The notes: generated by a model from the sequence alone, not told the origin. A stretch of DNA of 64,000 nt from a bacterium (GCA_963675755.2 CAXXMD010000002.1:128001-192000); one strand, 5' to 3'; counted from the first letter of the stretch, positions 1-11,251 are shown. Program-made: numbers and translations.

Positions 1-655
1 TGAGCAGAGATACACAGCCTTTTATTGCGCTTTCCGGCCCCGCGATTTCTTGTTCATGTTTATTATAAAGTCCGATTTGAGGCCCACAGGTTGGACAGGC
101 ATTGGGTTGCGCATGAAACCGGCGGTCATTGGGATTATCATATTCCTCCTGACAATCAGGACACATGGTAAAGGATGCCATTGTTGTATTCTTGCGATCA
201 TAGGGAAGTGACGTGATGATAGAGTAACGTGGGCCGCAATGTGTACAGTTGATAAAGGGATACTGATAACGTCTGTTCGATTCATCTTCAAGTTCATTCA
301 GACAATCGGGGCAAGTTGCAAGGTCGGGTAGAATCCAGGCATTTTTGGTGTTGCCGTTTTCACTGAATTTTATTTCAAAGTTATCAAATTCGTGTAATGG
401 CAGTTTATTCTCTTCTATTGTGTGTACCAGAATAGGAGGGGGTGCCTGGTAAAGCAGGCGTGTAAACTGGTCAAGAATCGTTGGCGTTGCCTGAATAATC
501 ATGTGCACACCCTGGTCCGTATTGTTGACCTGTCCCTTGATGTCCATTTGATGCGCTATGCGATAAACAAACGGCCTGAATCCAACACCCTGGACTGAAC
601 CGGTGATCCGTAATAGCCTGCATTCCAGTCTTTCTGTAAACAATGCTTTTTTCAA
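1..655 (-). CDS. hypF: Carbamoyltransferase HypF, N-terminal part (runs off the window start)
   Basis: Not in the ORF track. Manual translation from TTG at 655 gives ...LLRITGSVQGVGFRPFVYRIA (acylphosphatase-like domain), followed by the CxxC zinc-finger region. The start overlaps the hypB stop. Confidence 0.93.
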   Translation of the reverse strand, partial: MKKALFTERLECRLLRITGSVQGVGFRPFVYRIAHQMDIKGQVNNTDQGVHMIIQATPTILDQFTRLLYQAPPPILVHTIEENKLPLHEFDNFEIKFSENGNTKNAWILPDLATCPDCLNELEDESNRRYQYPFINCTHCGPRYSIITSLPYDRKNTTMASFTMCPDCQEEYDNPNDRRFHAQPNACPTCGPQIGLYNKHEQEIAGPESAIKGCVSLL

Positions 656-1320
656 TTCTTGCCTGCTATAAACTGATTTGCCTGTTCTTTTAACCAATAA
701 ACAACGAGTTCCAGTCCTTCTCCGGTTTTGGCAGAAACTGTTAAAAATTCCAGTCCGGGATTTACCTGCCAGGCAAATTGTTTTGCTTTTTCAATGTCAA
801 ATTCGACATAGGGGAGGAGGTCTGTTTTATTAATAATACATAAATCCGCTTTGCTGAACATGGTGTTATATTTTATGGGCTTGTCATCTCCTTCTGTTGT
901 ACTGATAATAACTACTTTTTTAAACTCTCCCAGGTCATAGCTGGCAGGACAAACAAGATTCCCAACATTTTCAATAAATAACAATTTTCTTGTCGTCAAA
1001 TCCATTTGTTGCAAGGCATTCCTGACCAACATGGCATCTAAATGACAGCCACCTTTGGTTACAATTTGAATGACTGGTACGCCCAGTGCATCAATCCTGT
1101 CTGCATCCCGATTGGTATGGAGATCTCCCTCAATAACAGCAGGATTTAAAGCTTTCAACTCTGGTAATAGTTTTTCAAGGAGGGTGGTTTTACCGGACCC
1201 CGGTGAACTGAGCAAGTTAAAGGTCGGTATTTCAAGTAATTTAAACTGGTCCCGGTTTTGTGCTGCAACCTGGTCATTTTTTTCCAAAATGTTTCTTTCA
1301 ACAGTTATTACCGCCATCAT
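652..1320 (-). CDS. hypB: Hydrogenase nickel incorporation GTPase HypB
   Basis: SSPGSGKTT Walker A, GGCHLDA, ENVGNLVCPA, EGDDKP and NKTD motifs. Confidence 0.97.
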   Translation of the reverse strand: MMAVITVERNILEKNDQVAAQNRDQFKLLEIPTFNLLSSPGSGKTTLLEKLLPELKALNPAVIEGDLHTNRDADRIDALGVPVIQIVTKGGCHLDAMLVRNALQQMDLTTRKLLFIENVGNLVCPASYDLGEFKKVVIISTTEGDDKPIKYNTMFSKADLCIINKTDLLPYVEFDIEKAKQFAWQVNPGLEFLTVSAKTGEGLELVVYWLKEQANQFIAGKN

Positions 1321-1658
1321 TCCACCTCTATACTTAAAATGTGCAATTCATTTCCCTGTGTTACCTGAATGTCATATGATTGACAATGGGGGCAGCTAAA
1401 AACAAATTCTTCCAGTGTGAACGCATTATTGCATTGAAGACAAGTACCCTTAATGGGGACGATTTTAATTTCGAGTTTGGAATTTTCTAATGGAGAGTTT
1501 TGAATTATTCCTTCATAAGCGGATTGTAACAATTCCGGAACAACTGCTGACATTTGGCCAATTTGCAAATGTACTAAAGTTAGCTGCTTGCCCGGATGGT
1601 CATTCATGATCTTGCTGACGATATCAAGAATTGCGTATGCCATACTTGTTTCGTGCAT
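1317..1658 (-). CDS. hypA: Hydrogenase maturation nickel metallochaperone HypA
   Basis: MHE N-terminus (start moved to the ATG at 1658), two CxxC pairs (CLQC, CPHC) and a GNEL..I.VE C-terminus. Confidence 0.95.
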   Translation of the reverse strand: MHETSMAYAILDIVSKIMNDHPGKQLTLVHLQIGQMSAVVPELLQSAYEGIIQNSPLENSKLEIKIVPIKGTCLQCNNAFTLEEFVFSCPHCQSYDIQVTQGNELHILSIEVE

Positions 1659-1811
1659 AATCGTATCTCTGGACTTGTTAGCGTGCATAGAATAACGGCA
1701 GCAGAAATATCCATTAACCGGGAAAGAGAGTGTGTATGTCGCAGCAAAGCTGCCTATCTAAAGAAATCGAATCAAAATCAAATAGTCAACAAAAAAATGA
1801 ATATTTACCCG

Positions 1812-2366
1812 TTAATCGGTTGGATTTTTAACTTTTTGTATCATTCGCATGAGGAAAATCAATGTTCCGATTAAAAACAACAAAGCACCAGTGCCTGTGG
1901 CAAGGTAATCCGTATATGATGGCCCTGTTCGAATGAGCGATATTTCAGGAGAGTCTGGGTCATGATGAATAGTGATTGCTTTGCCGGGGTGATAAAGTTT
2001 TACCAGTTTTTCTGCAGCATCCAGGCGGTTCATTCTGCCTCCAAAACCAGGCACATGTAGATCTGTAATGCCGTTATATTTTTCCCCATTAATATAATAG
2101 TGATAGTATAACAGTGGGCGAAAAGCACGTTCACCCACAACTTGAGAACTGTCAATTTGCCCTGTAGTGATTGGCCATGACCGTTTTGAAAATGCTTTTT
2201 CCAGAGCAGGACAATATCCGTAAAACAAACTGCCCCCAGTCATGATCAAAAACAAGGCAATGATAAAAATGTTTTTGGAAATAGCGGGACGTTGAGCGGG
2301 TTTGGTTAAAATTGCTATTATCAGAGATACAAAAAATATAAAGATCAATATATTTATTGATTGCAT
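1812..2366 (-). CDS. DUF3592-like membrane protein
   Basis: TM segments flank WPITTGQI...Y.Y.ING..Y and 'G..ITIHHDPDSPEIS', a DUF3592-type pattern. Confidence 0.7.
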   Translation of the reverse strand: MQSINILIFIFFVSLIIAILTKPAQRPAISKNIFIIALFLIMTGGSLFYGYCPALEKAFSKRSWPITTGQIDSSQVVGERAFRPLLYYHYYINGEKYNGITDLHVPGFGGRMNRLDAAEKLVKLYHPGKAITIHHDPDSPEISLIRTGPSYTDYLATGTGALLFLIGTLIFLMRMIQKVKNPTD

Positions 2367-2554
2367 AATCAGCCCATAAAAAAAAGAAATATTCAGACTT
2401 TATATAGGGTTATCATTGTAGAAAATTTAGTCATTTCTAATTCAACATTATCGAACAACGCATTATTTCTTGAAAAATTTGGGATTTTGGTTGCTTTTAT
2501 GCTTTGTACGAAATATATTAAATCAGGGGTATAATAAAATACAATGGTTTACGA

Positions 2555-3427
2555 ATGATTAGAACGATTGCGGATTATATAAAACTTACTAAACCCAGAA
2601 TTATGATTCTGATTATATTATCCGGTTTTACTGCATTAGTCATGGAAAAAAGCATGCTTGCAGAGCCGGGACGCATTATTCTGGCTTTATTTGCATTGTA
2701 TTTGACCGGTGGCGCAGCTAATGCTTTGAATAATTATTTTGAAAGAGAGATCGATGCGAAAATGGAGCGTACTCGAATAAAACGCCCATTACCGCAAAAA
2801 CGAATTGATGAAAACAAGGCATTGGTTTTTGCTATTGTTATTGGTTTAACCGGGGTTTTAATATTAGGCTTCTTTTTCAATTGGTTGAGCGCCAGTTTAT
2901 CACTGGGTACAATATTGTTCTACAGTCTTTTTTATACGCTTGTATTGAAACCGGGAACTCCCCAGAATATTGTTATAGGCGGGGCCGCCGGAGCTATGGC
3001 ACCGGTAGGCATGTGGGCCGCAGCTAGCGGAAGTTTAGAGATAACTCCCTGGACCCTATTTCTGATTATTTTTTTCTGGAGTCCACCACACTTTTGGGCT
3101 TTGGCTGTTAATTATAAAGATGACTATAAAAAAGCCGGATACCCTATGCTTCCGGTTGTAAAAGGCGACACTGTTGCATTGAAACAGATTTTTATATTTA
3201 CTATTATTCTTTTTTTTACGAGTTTAACTCCTTATCTTTTTAAAGCAAATTTGTTGTATCTGGTTGCTGCTATGTTGCTGGGTGCAATTTTTATTTATCG
3301 ATCGTACGTTGCTATGAAAAAACAGGAGACGCAAAAGGTTTGGGCGGTATTTGGTTATTCAATAATTTACCTTTTTGCTTTGTTTTTTGCTATTATTATA
3401 GATAGTATATTTCCTTTCCATATATAA
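2555..3427 (+). CDS. ctaB: Protoheme IX farnesyltransferase (heme o synthase)
   Basis: LTKPRI, D.KMERT..RPLP, NIVIGGAAGA, FFWSPPHFWALA and DY..AG.PMLPV motifs. Confidence 0.97.
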   Translation: MIRTIADYIKLTKPRIMILIILSGFTALVMEKSMLAEPGRIILALFALYLTGGAANALNNYFEREIDAKMERTRIKRPLPQKRIDENKALVFAIVIGLTGVLILGFFFNWLSASLSLGTILFYSLFYTLVLKPGTPQNIVIGGAAGAMAPVGMWAAASGSLEITPWTLFLIIFFWSPPHFWALAVNYKDDYKKAGYPMLPVVKGDTVALKQIFIFTIILFFTSLTPYLFKANLLYLVAAMLLGAIFIYRSYVAMKKQETQKVWAVFGYSIIYLFALFFAIIIDSIFPFHI

Positions 3428-3464
3428 TTACACGTTTGGTATAACTAACTGAAGGACTGGACTA

Positions 3465-4112
3465 TTGGCACAGATTTTTCCTCAGTGGACGAACAAAACC
3501 CCGGTTATTATTATCATGTTGGCCTTTGTTTCGTTGGTTGCTATCGTTGGATTCTTTTGGTACTTTGGATCACCCAAGTATACGGATGTTGGCTATCGTC
3601 CTAAACAGCCTGTAGATTACAGCCACAAGCTGCATGCAGGTGATTTGGGCATCGATTGTCGCTATTGTCATTGGGCGGTTGAAGAATCCCGTTTTTCGAA
3701 TATACCCTCTACACAAACTTGTATGAACTGTCATCAACTGATATTGCCCGAAAGTGAAAAACTTTTACCGGTACGGGAAAGTTTTGGTACAGACACGGCC
3801 ATTGAATGGGTACGGGTCCATATGCTGCCGGATTATGCATATTTTGACCACAGTGCTCATGTGAATGCAGGTGTTGCCTGTCAGTCGTGTCATGGTAATG
3901 TGGCACAAATGGATGTCGTTACACAGGTTGAACCTTTGAGTATGGGATGGTGTCTGGATTGTCACCGCAATCCTGCCCCAAGTATCAGACCGTTGGACCA
4001 GGTCACAAACATGAACTGGTCTCCTCCCGAGAATCAGCTCGAGTTGGCACACCAGTTTATTCAAGAACATAACATTAATCCGCCCGTAGATTGTTCAGGA
4101 TGTCATCGGTAA
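3465..4112 (+). CDS. actA: Alternative complex III pentaheme cytochrome c subunit ActA
   Basis: One N-terminal TM, QPVDYSHKLHAG, and five CxxCH motifs (CRYCH, CMNCH, CQSCH, CLDCH, CSGCH). Confidence 0.93.
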   Translation: MAQIFPQWTNKTPVIIIMLAFVSLVAIVGFFWYFGSPKYTDVGYRPKQPVDYSHKLHAGDLGIDCRYCHWAVEESRFSNIPSTQTCMNCHQLILPESEKLLPVRESFGTDTAIEWVRVHMLPDYAYFDHSAHVNAGVACQSCHGNVAQMDVVTQVEPLSMGWCLDCHRNPAPSIRPLDQVTNMNWSPPENQLELAHQFIQEHNINPPVDCSGCHR

Positions 4113-4117
4113 AAATT

Positions 4118-7096
4118 ATGGATAATAAAAAGACTACTTATTGGAAAAGTTTGGAACAACTGGACAACAGTCCAGAGTATCTCAAGTTTTTGGAAAACGA
4201 GTTTCCGGAACAAGCTGCTGAAATGAGTGATCCGGTATCGAGAAGGACCTTTTTGAATTTAATGGGTGCTTCCGCTGCATTTGCAGGCCTTGCTGCATGC
4301 AGCAAACCGGTTGAAAAGATTGTGCCCTATGTTAAACCTCCCGAAGAAGTTATCCCCGGTGTTGCAGAGTATTTTGCTACTACTATGCCCATGGGAACCT
4401 TTCCGTTAGGTTTGCTTGTTAAATCCACTGATGGAAGACCCATCAAGATCGAGGGGAATCCTTTACATCCTGCAAGCAAGGGTGGAACCCATGTATTTGC
4501 TCAGGCAGAATTGCTAAACATGTATGACCCTGATCGCTCCAAAGATGTAATGAATTCAGGTAAAAAAAGCACTTGGGGTGATTTTATCAACGCATGGCGT
4601 GAGTTATATCCGTCTTTTGTAGAGAATCGTGGTAAGGGATTAGCGTTAATAAGTACATCAACAGCTTCTCCATCAATTGCACGATTGACAGAAACCTATA
4701 AAAAGAAATTTCCCCAAGCTCAATGGTTTGTTTATGATTCAGCAGGAGATGACTGCCGGATCGCTGCCAGCAAAGCTCTTTTTGATAAATCCGCAATGCC
4801 TGTTTATGATCTTGAAAAAGCGGATGTGATTTTATCTCTCGATGCAGACCTGTTGATGATGGAACCCAATAACGCCCGGTATGCCAGGGACTTTGCCTCA
4901 AGACGCAACCTGGTATTAGCAGATGATAATTTAAATAGATTGTATGTTGTTGAAGGTGACCATTCGGTTACCGGTGCAAATGCAGATCACCGGCTTCAGG
5001 TTAAAACATCGCAAATAGGTGCTTTTGCCGTTGCACTTGCAAAAGCATTGCAATCATTAGGATTGAATATTGATAAAAGTTTGCCAGATATAGATGAACA
5101 TGCATTTGATGTCAAGTGGATTAATGCCGTTGCCAAAGATCTTTTACATCAAAAGGGTTCAAGTCTGGTTGCAGCTGGAAAATCTCAGCCAGCAAACGTT
5201 CATACTCTTGTTTATGCTATCAACGAAGCACTGGGCAATATTGGCAATACGCTTGATTTTTACCCACTTACAGATCAATTGGTTGCCCAATCAGGACAAC
5301 TGGCTGAATTTACTAAAGCATGTAAAGCAAAGCAAATTGACACGGTTGTGATGCTTGGCGGGAATCCGGTGTTTGATGCTCCAATAGATACTGATTTTGA
5401 AAATTGTATCAAATCCGTAAAACATTCAATCCATGTGTCTTTATATAACGATGAAACCTCACAAACATGTGAATGGCATATACCTCAAGCGCATTTTCTG
5501 GAATCGTGGGGAGATGCGGTAACTTTTGATGGATATCGTTCAATTGTTCAGCCACTCATTCTGCCTTTGTACAATGGTCATAGTGAATTAGAAGTATTAA
5601 ATTTCATTGTCAATGGATTGGATGATAAGGGCTATGACATTGTGCGTAAAACCTGGAGTGGTATTCTTTCCGGTTCACAATTTGAATTACAATGGGACAA
5701 GGTGCTGCATGATGGTGTGTACGAAAACAATTTAAACCCTATTTCCGTCTCTGTAAATAAAAGCAGTTTACAAAAAAGTTTGAGTGAACTATCCTCAAAA
5801 AGTCATGCTGCTGATGGGGCTTTGCAGCTTTTGTTCAAAGTATCACCAACAATTTACGATGGGCGTTATGCAAACAATGGATGGATGCAGGAACTGCCAC
5901 ATCCCATGACAAAAATAACGTGGGACAATCCACTGCAGATTTCACCAGTATTGGCCAAATCAAAGCGTTTGAAAAATGGCGATATGGTCAATCTTTCAGT
6001 ACATGATAAATCTGTTGAACTGCCTGTCTGGAGCGTTCCCGGTCTGGAAAAGAATACTCTGGTAGTAACATTGGGATATGGGCGCAAAGCCACGGGTAGA
6101 ATTTCCAAAGATGTGGGCGTTGATGTAAATCCGCTTCGTACGCTGACAGCCTTTAATCTGGCTTTGGATGTAAAACTGGAAAAAACCGGCAAATCCCGTT
6201 CTCTTGCTAATACCCAGGACCATGGCAGCATGGAGGGCAGACCGCTAGTAAGAGAAGGAAACCTGGAAGAATATAAAGCCAATCCTGAATTTGCACAAGA
6301 GATGGTAGAACATCCTCCACTAAAGAATTTGTGGAAAGACCATAAATACGATACGGGATACCAGTGGGGAATGATTATTGATTTGAACAAATGTACAGGA
6401 TGTAACACTTGTGTTGTAGCCTGCCAAAGTGAAAATAATATACCTATTGTTGGTAAAAAACAAGTGGGCAATGGTCGTGAAATGCACTGGATAAGGCTGG
6501 ACCGCTATTTTAGTGGAGATCCGGAAAATCCAAAGGTTGTGAATCAACCGGTAACCTGTCATCATTGTGAAAATGCACCCTGTGAGCAGGTTTGTCCTGT
6601 CGCAGCAACCGTGCATGACAAAGAAGGTTTAAACCTGATGACCTATAACCGCTGTGTGGGAACCCGTTATTGCTCAAATAACTGTCCCTACAAAGTCAGG
6701 CGTTTTAATTTCTTCAATTATCACAAGAAAATGGAAGATCAGGACAAGCTTATGCAGAACCCGGATGTGACCGTACGTTCGCGCGGAGTGATGGAAAAAT
6801 GTACTTTCTGTCTGCAGCGAATCAATGCTGCAAAACATACCGCCAAGAAGGAGGGACGTACCCTTGCTCCTAATGAAGTCAAAACTGCATGCCAACAGGC
6901 TTGTCCTGCTGACGCCATTTCTTTTGGTAATATATTGGATCCCGAAAGTAAAGTGTCTAAACTGCGGGATAATCCACGTGCATATGCAATGCTGGGTGAG
7001 TTGAACAACAGACCCCGTTTGATGTATCTGGCAAAAGTGAGAAATCCGAATCCTGAATTGATTAAAACTGAACCAAACGATAAACATCATGGATAA
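4118..7096 (+). CDS. actB: Alternative complex III subunit ActB (molybdopterin-oxidoreductase-like domain fused to Fe-S domain)
   Basis: YWKSL N-terminus, Tat-like SRRTFL with a lipobox Cys, GRPIKIEGNP, and C-terminal ferredoxin motifs CTGCNTC, CHHCENAPC, CVGTRYCSNNCP, MEKCTFC. The probable start is the ATG at 4118. Confidence 0.95.
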   Translation: MDNKKTTYWKSLEQLDNSPEYLKFLENEFPEQAAEMSDPVSRRTFLNLMGASAAFAGLAACSKPVEKIVPYVKPPEEVIPGVAEYFATTMPMGTFPLGLLVKSTDGRPIKIEGNPLHPASKGGTHVFAQAELLNMYDPDRSKDVMNSGKKSTWGDFINAWRELYPSFVENRGKGLALISTSTASPSIARLTETYKKKFPQAQWFVYDSAGDDCRIAASKALFDKSAMPVYDLEKADVILSLDADLLMMEPNNARYARDFASRRNLVLADDNLNRLYVVEGDHSVTGANADHRLQVKTSQIGAFAVALAKALQSLGLNIDKSLPDIDEHAFDVKWINAVAKDLLHQKGSSLVAAGKSQPANVHTLVYAINEALGNIGNTLDFYPLTDQLVAQSGQLAEFTKACKAKQIDTVVMLGGNPVFDAPIDTDFENCIKSVKHSIHVSLYNDETSQTCEWHIPQAHFLESWGDAVTFDGYRSIVQPLILPLYNGHSELEVLNFIVNGLDDKGYDIVRKTWSGILSGSQFELQWDKVLHDGVYENNLNPISVSVNKSSLQKSLSELSSKSHAADGALQLLFKVSPTIYDGRYANNGWMQELPHPMTKITWDNPLQISPVLAKSKRLKNGDMVNLSVHDKSVELPVWSVPGLEKNTLVVTLGYGRKATGRISKDVGVDVNPLRTLTAFNLALDVKLEKTGKSRSLANTQDHGSMEGRPLVREGNLEEYKANPEFAQEMVEHPPLKNLWKDHKYDTGYQWGMIIDLNKCTGCNTCVVACQSENNIPIVGKKQVGNGREMHWIRLDRYFSGDPENPKVVNQPVTCHHCENAPCEQVCPVAATVHDKEGLNLMTYNRCVGTRYCSNNCPYKVRRFNFFNYHKKMEDQDKLMQNPDVTVRSRGVMEKCTFCLQRINAAKHTAKKEGRTLAPNEVKTACQQACPADAISFGNILDPESKVSKLRDNPRAYAMLGELNNRPRLMYLAKVRNPNPELIKTEPNDKHHG

Positions 7097-7114
7097 ATTA
7101 AAGGAAACGATTAA

Positions 7115-8497
7115 GTGAGCGAAATCGTTGAAAACCAAGCTGTTAAAAGTGAACCGTTAATTTTAAACAATCCTACATTTTCCAGTATTACAAATGATGT
7201 AAGCGGACTTGTAGAGTCAAAAGCACCTATGCCCTGGTACCTGCTGTTAGCAATGTCAGGATCATTAGCATTAATGATGTTTGGCATGATCGGTTACCTT
7301 TTTGTTGAAGGTATTGGTATCTGGGGAGTAAATATTCCTGTTGGTTGGGGATGGGCTATTATTAATTTTGTTTTCTGGGTAGGTATTGGACATGCAGGAA
7401 CATTGATCTCTGCGATCTTGTTTTTACTGAGGCAAAAATGGCGTACATCTATCAACCGTTTTGCCGAGGGTATGACTATTTTTGCAGTAATTTGTGCTTT
7501 GATCTTTCCAGGTATCCATGTGGGACGTATCTGGGTAGTTTACTGGCTTTTCCCCATTCCGAACCAAATGTCAATGTGGCCCAATTTCCGCAGTCCCTTG
7601 TTATGGGATGTGTTTGCGGTTTTTACCTACTTTTTGGTATCGTTGATGTTCTGGTACATGGGTCTCATACCTGATCTTGCAACGCTGCGTGACAGAGCAA
7701 CATCCAAAATTAAAAGAACTTTATATGGTTTTTTCGCATTGGGATGGCGTGGCGCAAACCGTCAGTGGAAGCATTACGAGATGGCATATCTGCTTTTAGC
7801 AGGCCTGTCCACTCCGCTGGTTCTTTCCGTGCATAGTGTTGTGAGTACCGACTTTGCAACCAGCCAGTTACCCGGATGGCATACAACCATATTTCCACCT
7901 TATTTTGTTGCGGGTGCGGTGTTCTCTGGTTTTGCCATGGTAACGACTTTGAGTATCATTGTCCGCAAAGTTTATAAAATAGAACATATTATTACAGTGA
8001 ATCATCTGGAGAGAATGGCCAAAGTAATGATGGCTACCGGCATGATGGTTGGTTTTGCTTATTCATGCGAGTTTTTTATAGCCTGGTATGGTGGTAATGG
8101 TTACGAGTTGTTTACCTTTGTAAACCGTGCTTTAGGACCCTATGCCTGGGGCTATTGGACCATGATTTCCTGTAATGTGCTGGTTCCTCAACTTTTCTGG
8201 TTTAAAAAGTTGAGACGGAGTGTGCCCGTACTGTTTGTGGCAACCATTTTTATCAATATTGGTATGTGGTTTGAGCGTTTTGTGATTGTGGTTAGTTCAT
8301 TGTCACAAGATTTTCTGCCATCCAGTTGGGATTATTATAAACCCTCTATATTTGATATTGGTACTTTTGTGGGTTCTTTTGGTTTATTCTTTACGCTGTT
8401 TTTACTGTTTATCAAGTTTTTACCTATAATTGCAATGTCTGAAGTTAAAGGTGTGTTGCCGCAGGCTGATCCACACCATAAACAACATCATGATTAA
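7115..8497 (+). CDS. actC: Alternative complex III quinol-binding NrfD/PsrC-family subunit ActC
   Basis: [39 protein letters not shown] and NIGMWFERF motifs. Confidence 0.96.
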   Translation: MSEIVENQAVKSEPLILNNPTFSSITNDVSGLVESKAPMPWYLLLAMSGSLALMMFGMIGYLFVEGIGIWGVNIPVGWGWAIINFVFWVGIGHAGTLISAILFLLRQKWRTSINRFAEGMTIFAVICALIFPGIHVGRIWVVYWLFPIPNQMSMWPNFRSPLLWDVFAVFTYFLVSLMFWYMGLIPDLATLRDRATSKIKRTLYGFFALGWRGANRQWKHYEMAYLLLAGLSTPLVLSVHSVVSTDFATSQLPGWHTTIFPPYFVAGAVFSGFAMVTTLSIIVRKVYKIEHIITVNHLERMAKVMMATGMMVGFAYSCEFFIAWYGGNGYELFTFVNRALGPYAWGYWTMISCNVLVPQLFWFKKLRRSVPVLFVATIFINIGMWFERFVIVVSSLSQDFLPSSWDYYKPSIFDIGTFVGSFGLFFTLFLLFIKFLPIIAMSEVKGVLPQADPHHKQHHD

Positions 8498-8516
8498 TAA
8501 TAAAGGTTTGACTGAA

Positions 8517-9056
8517 ATGTCGGAACAATCAAAACCTGCTCTGCTTTTAGCTGAATTTAAAGATCCTGCCGATTTACTGCATGCCGCAGAAAAAGTCAGA
8601 GAGGCAGGATATACTCAATTTGATTGCCATTCACCATTTCCAATCCATGGTATGGATGCGGCTATGGGATTAAAGCGTTCTCCATTGGGATGGATTGTGG
8701 GTATAATGGCATTAACCGGTGCCGGTCTGGGAATGCTGCTGCAATGGTGGACGAGTGTTCAAGCCTATCCCCTTGTAATCTCGGGTAAACCCTTTTTCAG
8801 TTATCAGGCGTTTATTCCGGTTACTTTTGGTTTGGCTGTGCTCTTTGGAGCGGTTACCGCGTTGTTGGGAATGCTGTTTTTAAACAGGTTACCCAAGCCG
8901 TATCATCCGTTATTTTACTCGGAAAATTTTCAACGCGTTACAGATGATGCATTTTTCATCAGTATAGAGTGTAATGATCCCCGGTTCAATGAAGAAGAAA
9001 CCGGATCATTTTTAAAAAGTATTGGCGGTACATCCATTGAAATACTGCCGGAATAA
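8517..9056 (+). CDS. actD: Alternative complex III subunit ActD (DUF3341)
   Basis: SPFPIHGMD.AMG, two TMs and ISGKP. The probable start is the ATG at 8517. Confidence 0.93.
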   Translation: MSEQSKPALLLAEFKDPADLLHAAEKVREAGYTQFDCHSPFPIHGMDAAMGLKRSPLGWIVGIMALTGAGLGMLLQWWTSVQAYPLVISGKPFFSYQAFIPVTFGLAVLFGAVTALLGMLFLNRLPKPYHPLFYSENFQRVTDDAFFISIECNDPRFNEEETGSFLKSIGGTSIEILPE

Positions 9057-9081
9057 CAGACCCTCATACTACGAGTGACTT

Positions 9082-9696
9082 ATGTATAAAAAGAATCATA
9101 CTCTAATTTATATTGTAATTTTTGCAACGGCCATTGTATTGGGTGGTTGTCAGGGGCGACCGAAACAGAAACCTCCTGTGCACCCTGTTCTGGATATGGA
9201 TTTTCAGCCCAAATATGAATACCAGGAAAAAAGTCCGTTTTTTGATGACGGTATATCCATGCGCCAGCCAATCCCCGGAACAGTTGCACGCGGCAAGTTG
9301 TATGATGATATTGCCTACAATACCGGTAAAAACCAGGACGGTTCATTGGTGGAAAAAAGCCCGGTACCGGTCACATATACCGGACTGGAACGTGGCAGAG
9401 AACGTTTCGATATTTATTGTTCACCCTGTCACAGCAAGATTGGAGATGGAAAGGGTATTCTGGTTAATCGTGGTTATATACCACCGCCATCTTTTCATAC
9501 TGATGTAATCAGAAACTATGCTGATGGTCATATATTTGATGTTATAAGTCATGGTATCCGCAATATGCCTTCTTATGGGCATCAGGTACCAGTTGAAGAC
9601 CGGTGGCTGATAGTAAATTATATACGCGCTTTGCAGCGCAGTCAAAATGCAAGCATTGATGATGTACCTGTAGAAATGCGAGACAAGATTAAATAA
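9082..9696 (+). CDS. actE: Alternative complex III monoheme cytochrome c lipoprotein ActE
   Basis: Lipobox VLGGC, DMDFQPK, CSPCH, MPSY and DRW.IV.YIRALQ motifs. Confidence 0.93.
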   Translation: MYKKNHTLIYIVIFATAIVLGGCQGRPKQKPPVHPVLDMDFQPKYEYQEKSPFFDDGISMRQPIPGTVARGKLYDDIAYNTGKNQDGSLVEKSPVPVTYTGLERGRERFDIYCSPCHSKIGDGKGILVNRGYIPPPSFHTDVIRNYADGHIFDVISHGIRNMPSYGHQVPVEDRWLIVNYIRALQRSQNASIDDVPVEMRDKIK

Positions 9697-9715
9697 AAAA
9701 ACAGGATTTCAATCT

Positions 9716-10900
9716 ATGGAATTCAAACAACAGAGTTTTACGCTTAATGGTACCGGATTGGCCGAAAAATTAGCGTTTATAATTGGCGGGATCAGTATTG
9801 CATTATCTGCAGTAGCCTTTTTTGTAAATCCCGGTCAGTTTTACTTTTCATGGCTGGTTGCATTTGTCTTTTGGACCAGTATTGCACTGGGTGGATTGTT
9901 TTTTACATTGATTCATCATTTAACCGGTGCTACCTGGAGTGTGGTTGTTCGTCGATTTTTTGAAGTTTTGATGACCAATATGCCATTCTTACTGCTTATG
10001 GCAATTCCCGTATTTTTTGGAATGCACGAGTTGTATCACTGGAGCCACGCAGATGCGGTCTCGCATGATCATTTGCTGCAGCACAAGGCAGTCTTTTTAA
10101 ATGTTCCTTTTTTCATCATCAGAACACTGGTATACTTTACAATATGGATTGTGTTAACCACGCTGTTGTACAAGTTTTCGCTAAAGCAGGATGCAGGTTC
10201 TTCAACTTTGATAACTAAGAAATTAAATAAAACCAGCGCTCCCGGTGTCATTCTGTTCGCTTTTACCACTGCTTTTGCTGCGTTTGACTGGTTGATGAGT
10301 CTTGACCCGCATTGGTACTCGACTATCTTTGGTGTTTATTATTTTGCGGGTAGTGCAATGGCTGTAATGGCGGTCCTCATACTCATTGTTATGTATTTTA
10401 GAAAAAATGGTATTTTAACTGATGTTATTACCCCTGAACACGATCATGATTTTGGCAAGCTCTTGTTTACCTATATGGTGTTTTGGGCGTATATGGCATT
10501 TTCTCAATATTTTTTAATCTGGTATGCCAATATACCTGAAGAAACAGTTTGGTTTATTCATCGATGGGAAGGATCATGGAAGTTTGCCAGTCAGCTTTTG
10601 GTGTGGGGACATTTTGTGGTGCCTTTTTTAATATTAATGATACGTGCTTCTAAACGAAGTAATTTGATCCTTTCAGCAATGGCAATCTGGCTGTTGTTAA
10701 TGCACTGGCTTGATATGTATTGGTTGGCTGTACCTACATTACATCCTCATGGAATACAACTTTCCTGGATTGATCTGGTAACCATGTTGGGTATTGGCGG
10801 CCTTTTTATAGGATTATTCTTTTACCGATTGCGCAAACATGCTATTTTACCCATCGGTGATCCTAAATTAAACGATTCAATACATATGGTAAATCAATAG
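9716..10900 (+). CDS. actF: Alternative complex III membrane subunit ActF
   Basis: DWLMSLDPHWYSTIFG and QYFLIWYANIPEET motifs; multi-TM. Confidence 0.94.
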   Translation: MEFKQQSFTLNGTGLAEKLAFIIGGISIALSAVAFFVNPGQFYFSWLVAFVFWTSIALGGLFFTLIHHLTGATWSVVVRRFFEVLMTNMPFLLLMAIPVFFGMHELYHWSHADAVSHDHLLQHKAVFLNVPFFIIRTLVYFTIWIVLTTLLYKFSLKQDAGSSTLITKKLNKTSAPGVILFAFTTAFAAFDWLMSLDPHWYSTIFGVYYFAGSAMAVMAVLILIVMYFRKNGILTDVITPEHDHDFGKLLFTYMVFWAYMAFSQYFLIWYANIPEETVWFIHRWEGSWKFASQLLVWGHFVVPFLILMIRASKRSNLILSAMAIWLLLMHWLDMYWLAVPTLHPHGIQLSWIDLVTMLGIGGLFIGLFFYRLRKHAILPIGDPKLNDSIHMVNQ

Positions 10901-10912
10901 GAGTACAAGATA

Positions 10913-11251
10913 ATGTCTGAGCAGGGAAAAAACGGCATGACGGCAGAATATGAAACCTCTGATGTGAATATTAGGAATGTCTTTGTAACAGCCTTTGTTA
11001 TACTGGTTGTCGTAGTTTTAGTTATTGTCGTGATGAATGAAATGTTCATATCATCAAAGGAAGAGCAGATTTACCAGTCAGTCTTGAGTGTTGAATCACC
11101 CGAACTGCGGGATCTGCACGCCAGGGAAGCCAGTACATTAAATTCGTACAAAATTCTGGATGCTGAAAAAGGTGTTTATCAGATACCTATTGAGCGCGCC
11201 ATGAAGTTAGAGGCTGAAGAGGCGTTTCAAAAGCAAATAAAAGATGGATAA
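10913..11251 (+). CDS. Small single-TM ACIII-associated protein (ActG-like)
   Basis: YETSD.N, one TM and IPIERAM; lies between actF and the SCO gene. Confidence 0.6.
   Translation: MSEQGKNGMTAEYETSDVNIRNVFVTAFVILVVVVLVIVVMNEMFISSKEEQIYQSVLSVESPELRDLHAREASTLNSYKILDAEKGVYQIPIERAMKLEAEEAFQKQIKDG

Noticed and set aside
22-297. 91-aa minus-strand ORF
   Set aside because: It lies out of frame inside hypF.
4118-8497. Molybdoenzyme / polysulfide or nitrite reductase (Psr/Nrf)
   Set aside because: The gene order actA-B-C-D-E-F next to caa3 identifies alternative complex III; ActB is not known to bind Mo cofactor.
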